A stretch of 32,000 nt of DNA from Halomicronema hongdechloris C2206. Lineage in GTDB: Bacteria; Cyanobacteriota; Cyanobacteriia; Phormidesmidales; Phormidesmidaceae. The position numbers and the translations under genes are program-made. The notes under the pieces are model-generated. The model searched no databases. It saw nothing but the letters and a program-made list of their open reading frames with translations, and was not told the origin of the DNA. Shown piece after piece: positions 1-9,292 of the stretch; position 1 is the stretch's first letter; every line of letters starts with the position of its first letter. The DNA is taken from positions 4,530,001 to 4,562,000 of the forward strand of contig NZ_CP021983.2 of assembly GCF_002075285.3 (NCBI RefSeq), given 5' to 3'.

Positions 1-81
1 TTCTGGCCTGAAATTCTGGCACGTGCAAAAAAACTTGATGCTGTGGACCCTCTCAAGGGCAAGATCCGTCGTTTAGATTAA
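1..81 (+). CDS. 3' end of an upstream gene (partial, product unknown)
   Basis: Frame 1 is open from base 1 to TAA at 79-81 (FWPEILARAKKLDAVDPLKGKIRRLD*). Only 26 codons are visible and no family is recognisable. Confidence 0.3.
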   Translation, partial: FWPEILARAKKLDAVDPLKGKIRRLD

Positions 82-190
82 GAGGGAGTTGCTTACCTCG
101 TCTGATAGTGACTTTTCCCTGGTCACAGGCCCCTGTCATAGGCTGAGAGAAAAATCCTAGTCATTCCATTCCCTTGATTGCCGCTAACCC

Positions 191-2068
191 ATGACTGTCC
201 AGCTGCTTCGTTTATCGTCTAGCCGCCTTTATTCTGTCCTGCGTTCTGGGCTAGTTGCCCTGGTGGTTTGTGGGCAGGGGATCTTGGCTGGGCCTGCTCT
301 AGCTGCAGAGCAGATTGAGTTTCGCGTCGGTCCGCTGCGCCATACCGTTAAAATCGAGGATTTAGAGGAGTTCGCCGCAACGGGACAGATTCCCCCCAGA
401 TTACGGGTGTTTGAGCCCCTGCTGACGGATCAAACCAGAGAAATGCTCAACAGTCATGTGGCCCTAGACCCGGAGGTGAGCGATCGCATCTTAGATGATG
501 TCTTGCAGTCCTCCAACGGTCAACACTTACTCGATACCCTGGCGGCGGTGGCCCCTAATCTCTCGGTGCAGGAGCTCAAGGCGGCGATCCAATTGGCTGC
601 CCTGCAAACCCCGGGACTGAGTCTGCTAGGCATCTTACGAGCAATTCCCCAAGATACCTTACAGGTTAATGGAACTGCCCTGATCGGCCTCATTTCCCAA
701 CTCAACTTTTCCCGTCTAGAGGGAGAGGCCCTAGGGCGAGTCTTAGAGCAAGAGTTGGCCGTATCGACCCCACTAGACGAATCGCTTCATCTAGTGGATC
801 CCACGCAACCAGGCCCAGAGGAGATCAGGGTTTGGGAACTACGGCTCAACGATCGCAGCCGAGATCGTCGCATCCCTATTGATATCTATTGGAGCCGCCA
901 AACCCAGGGACCGTTGGTGGTCATGTCCCACGGCTTTGGGGCCGATCGCTATTTTCTAGCCTATTTGGCTCGCCACCTAGCTTCCCACGGTCTCACGGTG
1001 GTGTCGGTGGAACATCCCGGCAGCAATGTGGCGGCCCTGGCCGACATTCCCCTCGACCTACGAGCCGGTCGAGAACCCAGCCGGATTCTGCCGGCCGATG
1101 AGTTTCTAGAGCGCCCGCGGGACATCAGCTTCGTGCTAGATCGCCTGGCCCAGCTGAATGACTCGTCCTTTGCCTTGCGCGATCGCTTGAACACAGACCA
1201 GGTCACTCTGATTGGTCACTCCCTGGGAGGCTATACGGGGTTGGCTCTGGCTGGGGCCCCGTTGGATGTGCGATCGCTACGCCGTAGCTGCGCCGATTTA
1301 GACCCCATTGGCCTTTCCCCAGCCGCCTGGCTCCAGTGTGCTGCCGCCAATCTAGCTTTGCAGCCTCCCTCCTTGAGAGATGAGCGCATCACCCAAGTCA
1401 TGGCCATGAACCCCTTAACTGGCGACTTGTTTAGCGCTCAAGGCTTAAGTCAAATCAAGGTTCCGGTACTACTCCTGGCCGGCACCCAAGACAGCGTCAC
1501 TCCCATCATCGATCAGCAGTTACGGCCCTTTCACCAGTTGACTGGCCCTAAGTATCTCGTCACGGTAGTCGGAGGCACCCATCTGAGCGTTGGCGATCCG
1601 GACAATATCAACCCAGAATTACAGGAAATTCCCTTCATGCCTGAGTTGAGAGGGGAAACCACCGCCCGCCTACGACAATTTTTGCAGGGGCTCAGCCTTA
1701 GCTTTGTGATGCAACAAGGAGAATTGGCTGAGCAATACACCATTTTCCTCACCCCCGAGTATGCCCAGAGCTTTTCAACCCCAGAGCTGAGCCTGCGGTT
1801 AAGCCAATCGCTTCCAGAGAGCCTAACCCGCTGGCTCAATCTCAACCAACAAGCTTGGATCAAACGCGATCGCATGCCAGGCTATCTGGTGTCATTTTTG
1901 CACCTAGAAGCCATTGATATGCACCGTCGCCTGCAGCAGCTTCAACAGCAGATGATTGCCTATCTGCGCACCAGCCCACCGGCGCTGACAGTTGTGCCCT
2001 TACCATCCCTGCAGCCTCAGCCTTGGTTACAGGCGACTACTCATGGGTCAGACCATCTGGCAGAATAG
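191..2068 (+). CDS. Secreted or membrane-anchored alpha/beta hydrolase with an N-terminal DUF1400-like domain
   Basis: 625-aa ORF. It has a hydrophobic N-terminal signal/anchor (LVALVVCGQGILAGPALA), a nucleophile elbow GHSLGG, and later GTQDSVTP and GGTHLS, consistent with a Ser-Asp-His triad. The N-terminal region of about 130 aa resembles the cyanobacterial DUF1400 module often fused to such hydrolases. Confidence 0.85.
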   Translation: MTVQLLRLSSSRLYSVLRSGLVALVVCGQGILAGPALAAEQIEFRVGPLRHTVKIEDLEEFAATGQIPPRLRVFEPLLTDQTREMLNSHVALDPEVSDRILDDVLQSSNGQHLLDTLAAVAPNLSVQELKAAIQLAALQTPGLSLLGILRAIPQDTLQVNGTALIGLISQLNFSRLEGEALGRVLEQELAVSTPLDESLHLVDPTQPGPEEIRVWELRLNDRSRDRRIPIDIYWSRQTQGPLVVMSHGFGADRYFLAYLARHLASHGLTVVSVEHPGSNVAALADIPLDLRAGREPSRILPADEFLERPRDISFVLDRLAQLNDSSFALRDRLNTDQVTLIGHSLGGYTGLALAGAPLDVRSLRRSCADLDPIGLSPAAWLQCAAANLALQPPSLRDERITQVMAMNPLTGDLFSAQGLSQIKVPVLLLAGTQDSVTPIIDQQLRPFHQLTGPKYLVTVVGGTHLSVGDPDNINPELQEIPFMPELRGETTARLRQFLQGLSLSFVMQQGELAEQYTIFLTPEYAQSFSTPELSLRLSQSLPESLTRWLNLNQQAWIKRDRMPGYLVSFLHLEAIDMHRRLQQLQQQMIAYLRTSPPALTVVPLPSLQPQPWLQATTHGSDHLAE

Positions 2069-2876
2069 CGCCGGTTAGGTCAGCATGCCTTAAATTCGTG
2101 TAATCAAGCTTGGCATTGATCATGACAGCTTCGGACAAATCCGCCCCACTCAGGTTCGACCAAAACAGCTTGGTGCGATAGAGCGTGGCTCCGTGCAAAT
2201 TAGCCCCCCGCAGCGAGCACCAATTTAAATTAGCCCCCCGCAGATTCGCGGCGATGAGGCTGACATTCACCAAGCTTGCCCCATTCATCCGAGCTCGGCT
2301 TAGATCGGCCTGGCGTAAGTCAGCCCCCTCTAAGCTAGCGCCGCTTAGGGAGACATTCGTTAGGCTTGCCCCCGATAAGATAGCGCCATTCATGATGGCG
2401 CTGGTGAGATTCGCACCATCTAACTTGGCCTGACTGAGATCGGCGCTCAGCATTTTGGCCCGCGTCAGACTGGCATTGGTGAGATTGGCTAGTTGCAGGA
2501 CAGCCCTATCGAAGTTGGCTTCATTCAAGTTGGCTTCTTCCAACACCGAGTGGCTCAGATTTGCCCGGGTGAGGATGACACTGCGCATGCCAGCATCGGT
2601 GAGATTGGCCTCGAGCATGGTGGCATCGGTGAGATCGGCTCCGATCAAATTAGCTAATACCAAGTGAGCCTGGTTTAGATTCGCTTCCGTGAGCGCAGCT
2701 TCCCGCAAGTTAACGCCAGTCAAAATGGCACCTCGCAAATTAGCTTGGCGCAAGTTAGCCCGCCTCAGATTAGCTTCGCTTAGATCGCAATTGGCTAAAT
2801 TCACCTTTGCCAATTGAGCAGCACGAAAGTCTCTCTCTCCTGCTGCATAACGTTTCAGCAGTTCATCCGCATTCAT
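2037..2876 (-). CDS. Pentapeptide repeat protein
   Basis: The translation is almost entirely A(D/N)LxX pentapeptides (ANLRRANLRQANLRGAILTGVNLREAAL...). The ORF track starts at GTG 2912. ATG at 2876 (MNADELLKRYAAGERDF) fits the usual N-terminus better. The 3' end overlaps the convergent hydrolase gene by 32 bp. Confidence 0.9.
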   Translation of the reverse strand: MNADELLKRYAAGERDFRAAQLAKVNLANCDLSEANLRRANLRQANLRGAILTGVNLREAALTEANLNQAHLVLANLIGADLTDATMLEANLTDAGMRSVILTRANLSHSVLEEANLNEANFDRAVLQLANLTNASLTRAKMLSADLSQAKLDGANLTSAIMNGAILSGASLTNVSLSGASLEGADLRQADLSRARMNGASLVNVSLIAANLRGANLNWCSLRGANLHGATLYRTKLFWSNLSGADLSEAVMINAKLDYTNLRHADLTGAILPDGLTHE

Positions 2877-3096
2877 AGGCCAAGATCGCAGAAGTGAATA
2901 GTAAGCCCTCACAGAAGACCGATATAGTCTATCGTGATGAGCGGTTGTGCCATGCCTAAATCTATATATTTTGCCTCCCCACTCCCTATCCCCCAGCTCT
3001 GGATGTCAAATTTAGATTGGTCAACTACTAGGGGAACCTCCTGTGAATAGAATGGAGGATGGTCCTAACCGGGAGCATTGTTCTCAGACTGTCCCT

Positions 3097-3147
3097 TCGT
3101 CATTGCCCATTCGTCATTGCCCATTCGTCATTGCCCATTCGTCATTG
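3097..3147. repeat. Tandem repeat, 14-bp unit TCGTCATTGCCCAT x about 3.6
   Basis: Read directly: three perfect units at 3097-3138 plus a partial TCGTCATTG at 3139-3147. The array ends 15 nt before the ilvD ATG. Confidence 0.95.
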
Positions 3148-3162
3148 ATTGAGAGAAAGACC

Positions 3163-4848
3163 ATGCCGGATAACCGCAGAAGCCAAATCGTCACCCAAGG
3201 AGTCCAACGAACGCCTAATCGAGCCATGCTCCGGGCGGTAGGCTTTGGTGATGATGACTTTACTAAGCCCATCATTGGCGTGGCTAATGGCTTCAGCACC
3301 ATTACCCCCTGCAACATGGGGTTAGGGCAGTTAGCCCAGCGCGCCGAAACGGGGATTCATCAGGCTGGTGCCATGCCCCAGATGTTCGGCACTATCACGA
3401 TTAGTGACGGGATTTCCATGGGCACTGAGGGAATGAAATATTCTTTGGTGTCCCGAGAGGTGATTGCCGACTCCATTGAGACCGTATGCAATGGCCAAAG
3501 CATGGATGGGGTCATTGCCATTGGTGGCTGTGACAAAAATATGCCAGGGGCAATGATTGCCATCGCTCGCCTCAACATCCCGGCGATTTTTGTCTACGGC
3601 GGCACCATCAAGCCGGGGCATTACGATGGCGAAGATTTGACGGTAGTCAGTGCCTTTGAGGCGGTGGGCCAATATAGTGCTGGCAAGATCAATGACGAGC
3701 GACTGCTGGCGGTGGAGCGCCATGCCTGCCCTGGCGTTGGGTCTTGCGGTGGCATGTTTACGGCTAATACCATGTCATCTGCCTTCGAGGCCATGGGGAT
3801 GAGTCTGATATATTCCTCCACCATGGCAGCTGAAGATGCTGAAAAAGCAGATAGTACGGCTAAGTCAGCGGCGGTACTGGTAGAGGCTGTCCACAAACAA
3901 ATTCTGCCCAGCCATATTCTCACCCGAGAGGCGTTTGAAAATGCTATCGCCGTCATTATGGCCGTTGGCGGCTCCACCAACTCGGTGTTGCATCTGCTGG
4001 CCATAGCCAACACCATCGGCGTAGAGTTGAGCATCGATGACTTTGAGCGTATTCGCCGTCGGGTGCCTGTGTTCTGTAATCTGAAACCTTCTGGTCGATA
4101 CGTCGCCACAGACTTTCACCAAGCTGGGGGAGTCCCTCAGGTGATGAAAATGCTGTTGGTGAATGGGCTGCTCCATGGCGAGGCGCTGACGATCACCGGT
4201 CAGACTGTGGCGGAATTACTGGCGGATATTCCGGCAGAACCTCGTCCAGATCAGGATGTGATTCGTCCCTTTGATGACCCGCTTTATGCCCAGGGACACC
4301 TGGGCATTCTCAAGGGTAATCTGGCGGTTGAGGGGGCAGTAGCTAAGTTAACCGGCATTAAGCATCGCAAAATCACTGGGCCAGCCCGGGTGTTTGAGTC
4401 TGAAGAGGATTGCCTGCGGGCAATTTTGGACAAGCAGATTCAGGCGGGAGATGTGATTGTGGTGCGCTATGAAGGGCCCAAGGGCGGCCCTGGCATGCGA
4501 GAGATGCTGGCCCCTACCTCGGCCATCATTGGCGCTGGGCTAGGCGATTCGGTGGGGCTGATTACCGATGGTCGATTTTCGGGGGGAACCTATGGCATGG
4601 TCGTCGGCCATGTGGCTCCAGAGGCTGCTGTAGGAGGTGCGATCGCGTTGGTACAAGAGGGGGACCCGATCACCATTGACGCCGATGCCAATCTATTGCA
4701 ATTAGAGGCATCAGAGGAAGAGCTTGAGCGCCGCCGCTCGGCTTGGCAACCTCGTCCTCCCCATTACCGCCGGGGAGTGCTGGGTAAGTATGCCAAGTTA
4801 GTATCGTCTAGCAGTCAGGGCGCTGTGACCGATAGGGGGCTATTCTAG
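3163..4848 (+). CDS. ilvD: Dihydroxy-acid dehydratase
   Basis: Strong family signatures are present: [47 protein letters not shown] and [10 protein letters not shown]. The ORF track begins at 3043, but that extension reads through the tandem repeat. ATG at 3163 (MPDNRRSQ...) matches the IlvD N-terminus. Confidence 0.95.
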   Translation: MPDNRRSQIVTQGVQRTPNRAMLRAVGFGDDDFTKPIIGVANGFSTITPCNMGLGQLAQRAETGIHQAGAMPQMFGTITISDGISMGTEGMKYSLVSREVIADSIETVCNGQSMDGVIAIGGCDKNMPGAMIAIARLNIPAIFVYGGTIKPGHYDGEDLTVVSAFEAVGQYSAGKINDERLLAVERHACPGVGSCGGMFTANTMSSAFEAMGMSLIYSSTMAAEDAEKADSTAKSAAVLVEAVHKQILPSHILTREAFENAIAVIMAVGGSTNSVLHLLAIANTIGVELSIDDFERIRRRVPVFCNLKPSGRYVATDFHQAGGVPQVMKMLLVNGLLHGEALTITGQTVAELLADIPAEPRPDQDVIRPFDDPLYAQGHLGILKGNLAVEGAVAKLTGIKHRKITGPARVFESEEDCLRAILDKQIQAGDVIVVRYEGPKGGPGMREMLAPTSAIIGAGLGDSVGLITDGRFSGGTYGMVVGHVAPEAAVGGAIALVQEGDPITIDADANLLQLEASEEELERRRSAWQPRPPHYRRGVLGKYAKLVSSSSQGAVTDRGLF

Positions 4849-4972
4849 GCTAACCTCCACCCCTTGTTGCCCTCTGGAAAACCCCCTAGATACTTACAAA
4901 GGGAGCCTCTCAGCCGCCTAGGCTCCCTGATGCAGGTAAGAACCTGGAGATTGCGAGGTCTAGAGTCTCGAT

Positions 4973-5004
4973 CAAGGCCCCGATCGAGGCCTTGTAAAAT
5001 TTTA
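4973..5004 (+). terminator. Candidate intrinsic terminator after ilvD
   Basis: Hairpin CAAGGCC-ccgatcga-GGCCTTG (4973-4994) followed by the A/T-rich stretch taaaattttaatt. The U-tract is interrupted, so this is tentative. Confidence 0.35.
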
Positions 5005-5235
5005 ATTCGAAGTTTCCGCTGGCTACTGTAAAGAGGGGACTACCGTTGGTCCTGCCTTCAGCAGAGGCCTTGTTTTCGCCGACGAAGCTTGTAAATTGCT
5101 GCTGTTGTGGCAAAGTTACGGTAGAGTTTGGTGAGATGGTTCGCGATTAAATCATCTACTGCGATTGTTGTCATCTACAAATACACCTCCGTCCAGCTCG
5201 CATCACCTGTGGTTTTAGCTAAGGGGACAGCCCTA

Positions 5236-5481
5236 ATGTCTATTTATGTTGGCAATGTGTCCTATGACGCTACGGAGGAGCAGATCACTCAACTATTTTC
5301 TGAGTACGGTACTGTCAGTCGGGTCAGTATCCCCACGGATCGGGAGACGGGACGCTCTCGAGGATTTGTCTTTGTGGACATGGAGTCCGTCACTGAAGAG
5401 TCGGCGGCCATTGATGCCTTGAATGGGATTGAATGGCTGGGGCGTAGTCTCAAGGTGAATCAGGCCAGACCCCGATCCTAG
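5236..5481 (+). CDS. rbp: RRM-type RNA-binding protein (cyanobacterial Rbp, no Gly-rich tail)
   Basis: Contains RNP2 IYVGNV and RNP1 RGFVFVDM, and is 81 aa long. ATG at 5236. The longer ORF from 5128 has a non-homologous N-terminal extension. Confidence 0.9.
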   Translation: MSIYVGNVSYDATEEQITQLFSEYGTVSRVSIPTDRETGRSRGFVFVDMESVTEESAAIDALNGIEWLGRSLKVNQARPRS

Positions 5482-5522
5482 GCCAGCCCCATCTCAAGCC
5501 AATCAATGACAGGAGATCCGCT

Positions 5523-6047
5523 ATGGCTCCAGACACTATTCGTGCCGTTACTGAGATTCGGCAAGAGTTTTATCGACGATTTGCCGATTTAATGGCCGTG
5601 CCCGTCAGCATTAATTCAGAAAAGGCCTACGGCAGCACCCCTTCAAAGGTCTCCTGGGTGGATGAACAGAATCACAGCAATTACATCTGTGTCTATGCCC
5701 ATCTAGCTCCAGACATGTTGTTTCCGGACCGACCTTTGATTCTGCGACTAGCTGTTAACAATGGCATGGAATACATGGCAGCTAAGTCGATGAGTCGCAC
5801 CCGGGCTGGGCTGATGAGAAAGATCAAAGTGAATGTCACCCTCTTACCTGAGGAAATCTTAGCCTTCTTGCCCTGGCTGAGCACTCTGGTATCTTGCTCA
5901 ACGTCTGACTTCCATCAAACGCTGACAGAGCCTCCCTATCCTCTCAGCATAGAGAATTCGGCTGGTCTCTGCCATCAGGCTTGGACCAAACGGGCTTTGA
6001 TGCGATTCTCTCAGCATTTACGACACTGTGAGGCAATTTCCAGATAA
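5523..6047 (+). CDS. Hypothetical protein
   Basis: 174-aa ORF with an ATG preceded by GGAG 9 nt upstream. It lies 41 nt downstream of rbp on the same strand. No family recognised. Confidence 0.55.
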   Translation: MAPDTIRAVTEIRQEFYRRFADLMAVPVSINSEKAYGSTPSKVSWVDEQNHSNYICVYAHLAPDMLFPDRPLILRLAVNNGMEYMAAKSMSRTRAGLMRKIKVNVTLLPEEILAFLPWLSTLVSCSTSDFHQTLTEPPYPLSIENSAGLCHQAWTKRALMRFSQHLRHCEAISR

Positions 6048-6162
6048 GCCCCGTTCACCATCGAGATAGCTTTATTGTTCTGAGATCAGCCGGGAGCTGG
6101 TCTGTCTGCAACTAAGGTCTATCGTTCCTGCAGGAAAATAGATGCTACCAAGGGTAAGGGCA

Positions 6163-6171
6163 TGCTAAAAT
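6163..6171 (+). promoter_or_regulatory. Candidate extended -10 element (TGCTAAAAT) for tRNA-Gly
   Basis: TGnTAAAAT lies 32 nt upstream of the mature tRNA 5' end. The -35 region is poor (TGCTAC). Confidence 0.3.
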
Positions 6172-6202
6172 AGCTGCCTAGTTCGAGCCAGTTCTGTCAT
6201 AT

Positions 6203-6274
6203 GCGGGTATAGCTCAGCGGTAGAGCGTCACCTTGCCAAGGTGAATGTCGCGCGTTCGAATCGCGTTACCCGCT
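6203..6274 (+). tRNA. tRNA-Gly (anticodon GCC)
   Basis: Cloverleaf folded by hand: acceptor GCGGGTA/TACCCGC, D arm GCTC-AGCGGTA-GAGC, anticodon arm TCACC-TTGCCAA-GGTGA (GCC), and T arm GCGCG-TTCGAAT-CGCGT. CCA is not encoded. Confidence 0.93.
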
Positions 6275-6533
6275 TTTTAGAAAGATGGGGAGCTCATATG
6301 ACCTAACCCCAGTCTGAATTGGGTTGACTGTGCCTGTGACTACCCCCCTTTGGATATTGTTTTTCTAAGGTCGTTTTAGCTAAGGTGAGAGAGATTCTGT
6401 AGGGTTCACCCTTTCTTCATGGGGATTTATCCTCAGCCTTGAACAGATCGATGCAAGATGATGGATAGGCTGGCTAGTCTGTGACTTGTCAAGCTTTGGT
6501 TGATTTTTCTCTAGAATCTGCTGGCAACTGGCT

Positions 6534-6941
6534 GTGCGTTCTCCTAAGACTCACAAGATTGACCTAAATGCAGATTATCCCTGCCCCTGTCGTCGCCGTG
6601 GACGGTTGAAGCCGATTGCCCTAACCGATGCCTTTGGATGCGATCGCTGCCAGCAAATCTTTGTGGTTCGTGATGATGGCTATGCCATAGAGCAGTTGTC
6701 TACCCACTACCCCTATAAACGAGCTTGGCGTTGGACCGGTCACCAATGGCGCTTGGATCGAGCCACCAGTAATAGCTATTTGCCCGTCTTACTGGTGGTA
6801 CTGTTTGGCGTGATGGTATTTATTTTATTACTGGCTACCTTACACCCACCAACAGGCACTAGCATGGTCGTGCGTCTAATTGCGGCCTTGCTAATCTCGT
6901 TATTGTTGGTTTTTATGTTTTGGTTAGCCTCCAGACGCTGA
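6534..6941 (+). CDS. Zinc-ribbon (CPC...CDRC) membrane protein, hypothetical
   Basis: 135-aa ORF with a GTG start. The N-terminus has YPCPCRRRG...GCDRCQQ (4 Cys). The C-terminus has two hydrophobic helices (LPVLLVVLFGVMVFILLL and LIAALLISLLLVFMFWL). The stop is 4 nt before the next gene. Confidence 0.6.
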   Translation: MRSPKTHKIDLNADYPCPCRRRGRLKPIALTDAFGCDRCQQIFVVRDDGYAIEQLSTHYPYKRAWRWTGHQWRLDRATSNSYLPVLLVVLFGVMVFILLLATLHPPTGTSMVVRLIAALLISLLLVFMFWLASRR

Positions 6942-6945
6942 CACC

Positions 6946-8208
6946 ATGGCTTCATCCCAATCCTCTTTTGAGTTCTCCCAGATCCTGGAACAGGTGCGTC
7001 AGGCATCCCATGCGTTGGCCCTAGCCGGGTGTGAGCATCAAAGTCATGCCTTAGATTGCATGGCCCACGGCTTAGATAGTGCTCAAGACACTATTTTGGA
7101 GGCCAATACTCTGGATTTGGAGGCCAGTTTGGAGATGGCGGTGCCAGAGCTCGTCTTAGACTGGCTGAAGCTGACTCCAGAACGGCTGCAGCACACGATT
7201 AAGATCTTACGCCGCTTGGCCGCCTTGGGAGACCCACGTCCTTTGTTGCAGTCTCCCATGCCCCGCCTCAGTCAAACAGCAACGGGTTACACTCAGGTGA
7301 CTCCGTTGGGGGTTGTGGCTCTGGTCTACGAAGCCCTGCCAGAATTAGCCGCGATAGCAGCAGGGTTGTGCATACGGACCGGCAATGGGCTAGTACTCAA
7401 AGGAGGCAACGAAGCCAGCCAAACGAACCAGGCGATTATCCAAGTGTTGCAGCAGGAGATAGATCGGGCTGGTCTCAACCACCAATGCCTCTGGCCGTTG
7501 ACGACTGATCAAGGAGATGCTGCTCGGACTTGGCTGATGCAAGCCCGAGGGATCGATCTATTGATTCCCTATGGGCGTCCCACTCTCATTCAGCAGGTCA
7601 TGCGCCATGCGACGGTGCCGGTGCTGCCCATTGCCATGGGCAATTGCTACTTATATTGGGCGGCTTCAGGGGCGGAGAAACAGGTTGGCGACCTGATCGT
7701 AGATAGCCATAAGGGGAGCCCGGATGCTGTCAATGCCATTGAAAAGGTCCTGATCCATGAGTCCCATGATGGTGCCTCGCTGCAACGGCTATGGCAGTAC
7801 TTGCAGACCTATGGTTTTAGCCTGCGAGGAGATGATGCCATGGCGGCAACTTATCCAGAACTCACTGCGATGGAATCAGGAGAATGGAGCCAGCCCTACC
7901 TTTCTCATACGGTGGCATTTCAGCGGGTGGTCGACGTAGCCCAGGCCGTGGATGTGATTAATCACCAAAGTAGTGGCCACGCCAATTGTCTGGTCAGTGA
8001 ATCCTATCGAGAAGCCCATTATTTTAGTCAGCATCTGCAGAGCACAGCCATTTATATCAACACCTCACCGCGGTTTACTCGCAACCCTGTGCAAGCTGCT
8101 GGTATTGCCTTGGGGATGACGGCTCAACGAGGACGGGGCAAGGGGTTTATTGGTCTAGAGGCCCTGATGACAGCTAAACATATTATGCAGGGGACAATAG
8201 TGCCCTAA
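6946..8208 (+). CDS. proA: Glutamate-5-semialdehyde dehydrogenase (ProA) family protein; divergent paralog lacking the catalytic Cys
   Basis: It is collinear with ProA over its full length (EANTLDLE, PLGVVALVYEA, LIPYGR, GLEALMT). However, the signature P-x-x-C-N-A-x-E-T-L-L reads SPDAVNAIEKVLI, with Val codon GTC at 7729-7731. Confidence 0.85.
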   Translation: MASSQSSFEFSQILEQVRQASHALALAGCEHQSHALDCMAHGLDSAQDTILEANTLDLEASLEMAVPELVLDWLKLTPERLQHTIKILRRLAALGDPRPLLQSPMPRLSQTATGYTQVTPLGVVALVYEALPELAAIAAGLCIRTGNGLVLKGGNEASQTNQAIIQVLQQEIDRAGLNHQCLWPLTTDQGDAARTWLMQARGIDLLIPYGRPTLIQQVMRHATVPVLPIAMGNCYLYWAASGAEKQVGDLIVDSHKGSPDAVNAIEKVLIHESHDGASLQRLWQYLQTYGFSLRGDDAMAATYPELTAMESGEWSQPYLSHTVAFQRVVDVAQAVDVINHQSSGHANCLVSESYREAHYFSQHLQSTAIYINTSPRFTRNPVQAAGIALGMTAQRGRGKGFIGLEALMTAKHIMQGTIVP

Positions 8209-8314
8209 CGATATAGTGGGCTAGCTAGCTCCCTGGTAGGCTGCGGCATCAGGTCGCATTGGCCAGCAATCATTGGTTGCAGGGCTAGAGAACTAGAGAG
8301 CACTAGAAAAAGCA

Positions 8315-8341
8315 CTAAAAAAAGGCACTGGTGTAGTGCCT
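8315..8341 (-). terminator. Intrinsic terminator of desC
   Basis: On the minus strand, hairpin AGGCACT-acacc-AGTGCCT is followed by TTTTTTT (plus-strand A7 at 8317-8323). It lies 45 nt after the desC stop. Confidence 0.6.
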
Positions 8342-8385
8342 GTCCCAGAAATCATCAAATGTGCTGTTCTATAGCAAGCCAGAGG

Positions 8386-9207
8386 TTAGGGGGCTTCTGA
8401 TTCTGCCAGTTTCACCCGACTGGCTAAGCCCAGTAGCTGCAAGAGGCGGATCATTAACCAAGTGGTATCAATTTCCCACCACCTTAATCCGTGGCGAGCG
8501 GAATATTGAAAGGCGTGATGGTTGTTGTGCCAGCCTTCACCGTAGGTTACCAGGGCAACCCACCAACAGTTAGTGGAGGCATCCTCGGTCTCGTAGTTGC
8601 GGTAGCCAAATTTATGGGTAGCGCTATTGACGAGCCAAGTGCAGTGATAGACAGCTACCAGGCGGACAAAAATGCCCCATACGACGAAGGGCCAGCCGCC
8701 AAGGGCATACAAAATCAGGGCTAGAGCAAACTGAAGCGCTAAAAAGTAGTTGTTAAAGAAGTGGTATACCGGATCGTTGGCGATATCTCGAGCAAATCGT
8801 CGAATTTCAATGTCTTTCGGTAATTCACGCAGCAGCCACCCCATATGACTCCACCAGAACCCTTTTCTAGAATCATGGTGATCGATGGATTGGTCAGAGT
8901 AAACGTGATGGTGTCGGTGCAGGCCGACCCACTCAATAGGGCCATGCTGGCAGGCTAGGCTACCACAGAATACGAAGAAATATTCTAACCAGGTGGGAAC
9001 CTGAAAGCTGCGATGGGCAATGAGACGGTGCCATCCTAAGGTGATACCAAGACAGCCCGTAATCCAGTGTAGTAGTAAGGCCACCCCAACAGCACCCCAG
9101 CTAAAGTTACTAGGCAGCAAGGCTAGTAGGGCAGCTAGATGAACGGCCAACATAAACGAGGTCGTTGGCCAATTAAACACAGGTAATTCAGATTTAGCAA
9201 CAGTCAT
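8386..9207 (-). CDS. desC: Delta-9 acyl-lipid fatty acid desaturase
   Basis: Three histidine boxes are present (HRLIAHRSF, HRHHHVYSD, HNNHHAFQYSARHG), with 4 predicted TM segments and a 273-aa length typical of DesC. Confidence 0.92.
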   Translation of the reverse strand: MTVAKSELPVFNWPTTSFMLAVHLAALLALLPSNFSWGAVGVALLLHWITGCLGITLGWHRLIAHRSFQVPTWLEYFFVFCGSLACQHGPIEWVGLHRHHHVYSDQSIDHHDSRKGFWWSHMGWLLRELPKDIEIRRFARDIANDPVYHFFNNYFLALQFALALILYALGGWPFVVWGIFVRLVAVYHCTWLVNSATHKFGYRNYETEDASTNCWWVALVTYGEGWHNNHHAFQYSARHGLRWWEIDTTWLMIRLLQLLGLASRVKLAESEAP

Positions 9208-9292
9208 GCAAAGTTCTCAAATTATGGACAAGGAGGGCTAATCATAGGCAGAATATGGAGTCTATACGACTCTGCTGGCGCAATTGCCCTCC

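Noticed and set aside
2185-2667. Plus-strand ORFs with KLAP/RLAS periodicity (2185-2433 and 2455-2667)
   Set aside because: They are the antisense reading of the pentapeptide-repeat gene. The periodicity simply mirrors the A(D/N)LxX repeats.
3043-3162. N-terminal extensions offered by the ORF track for ilvD (3043), rbp (5128), hemW (13072) and the GT2 gene (27781)
   Set aside because: The extensions are not homologous to the respective families. They read through a tandem repeat (ilvD) or overlap the divergent or upstream gene (hemW, GT2). Internal ATGs give canonical N-termini.
3114-4176. Several 67-162-aa minus-strand ORFs inside ilvD
   Set aside because: They lie fully inside a confidently identified, strongly conserved gene. 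Their compositions are Arg/Ser/Ala/Pro-rich, as is typical of antisense frames.
4910-5113. 67-aa minus-strand ORF between ilvD and rbp
   Set aside because: It has a TTG start and no SD. It spans both hairpins of the ilvD terminator/rbp leader region, and its sequence has no family resemblance.
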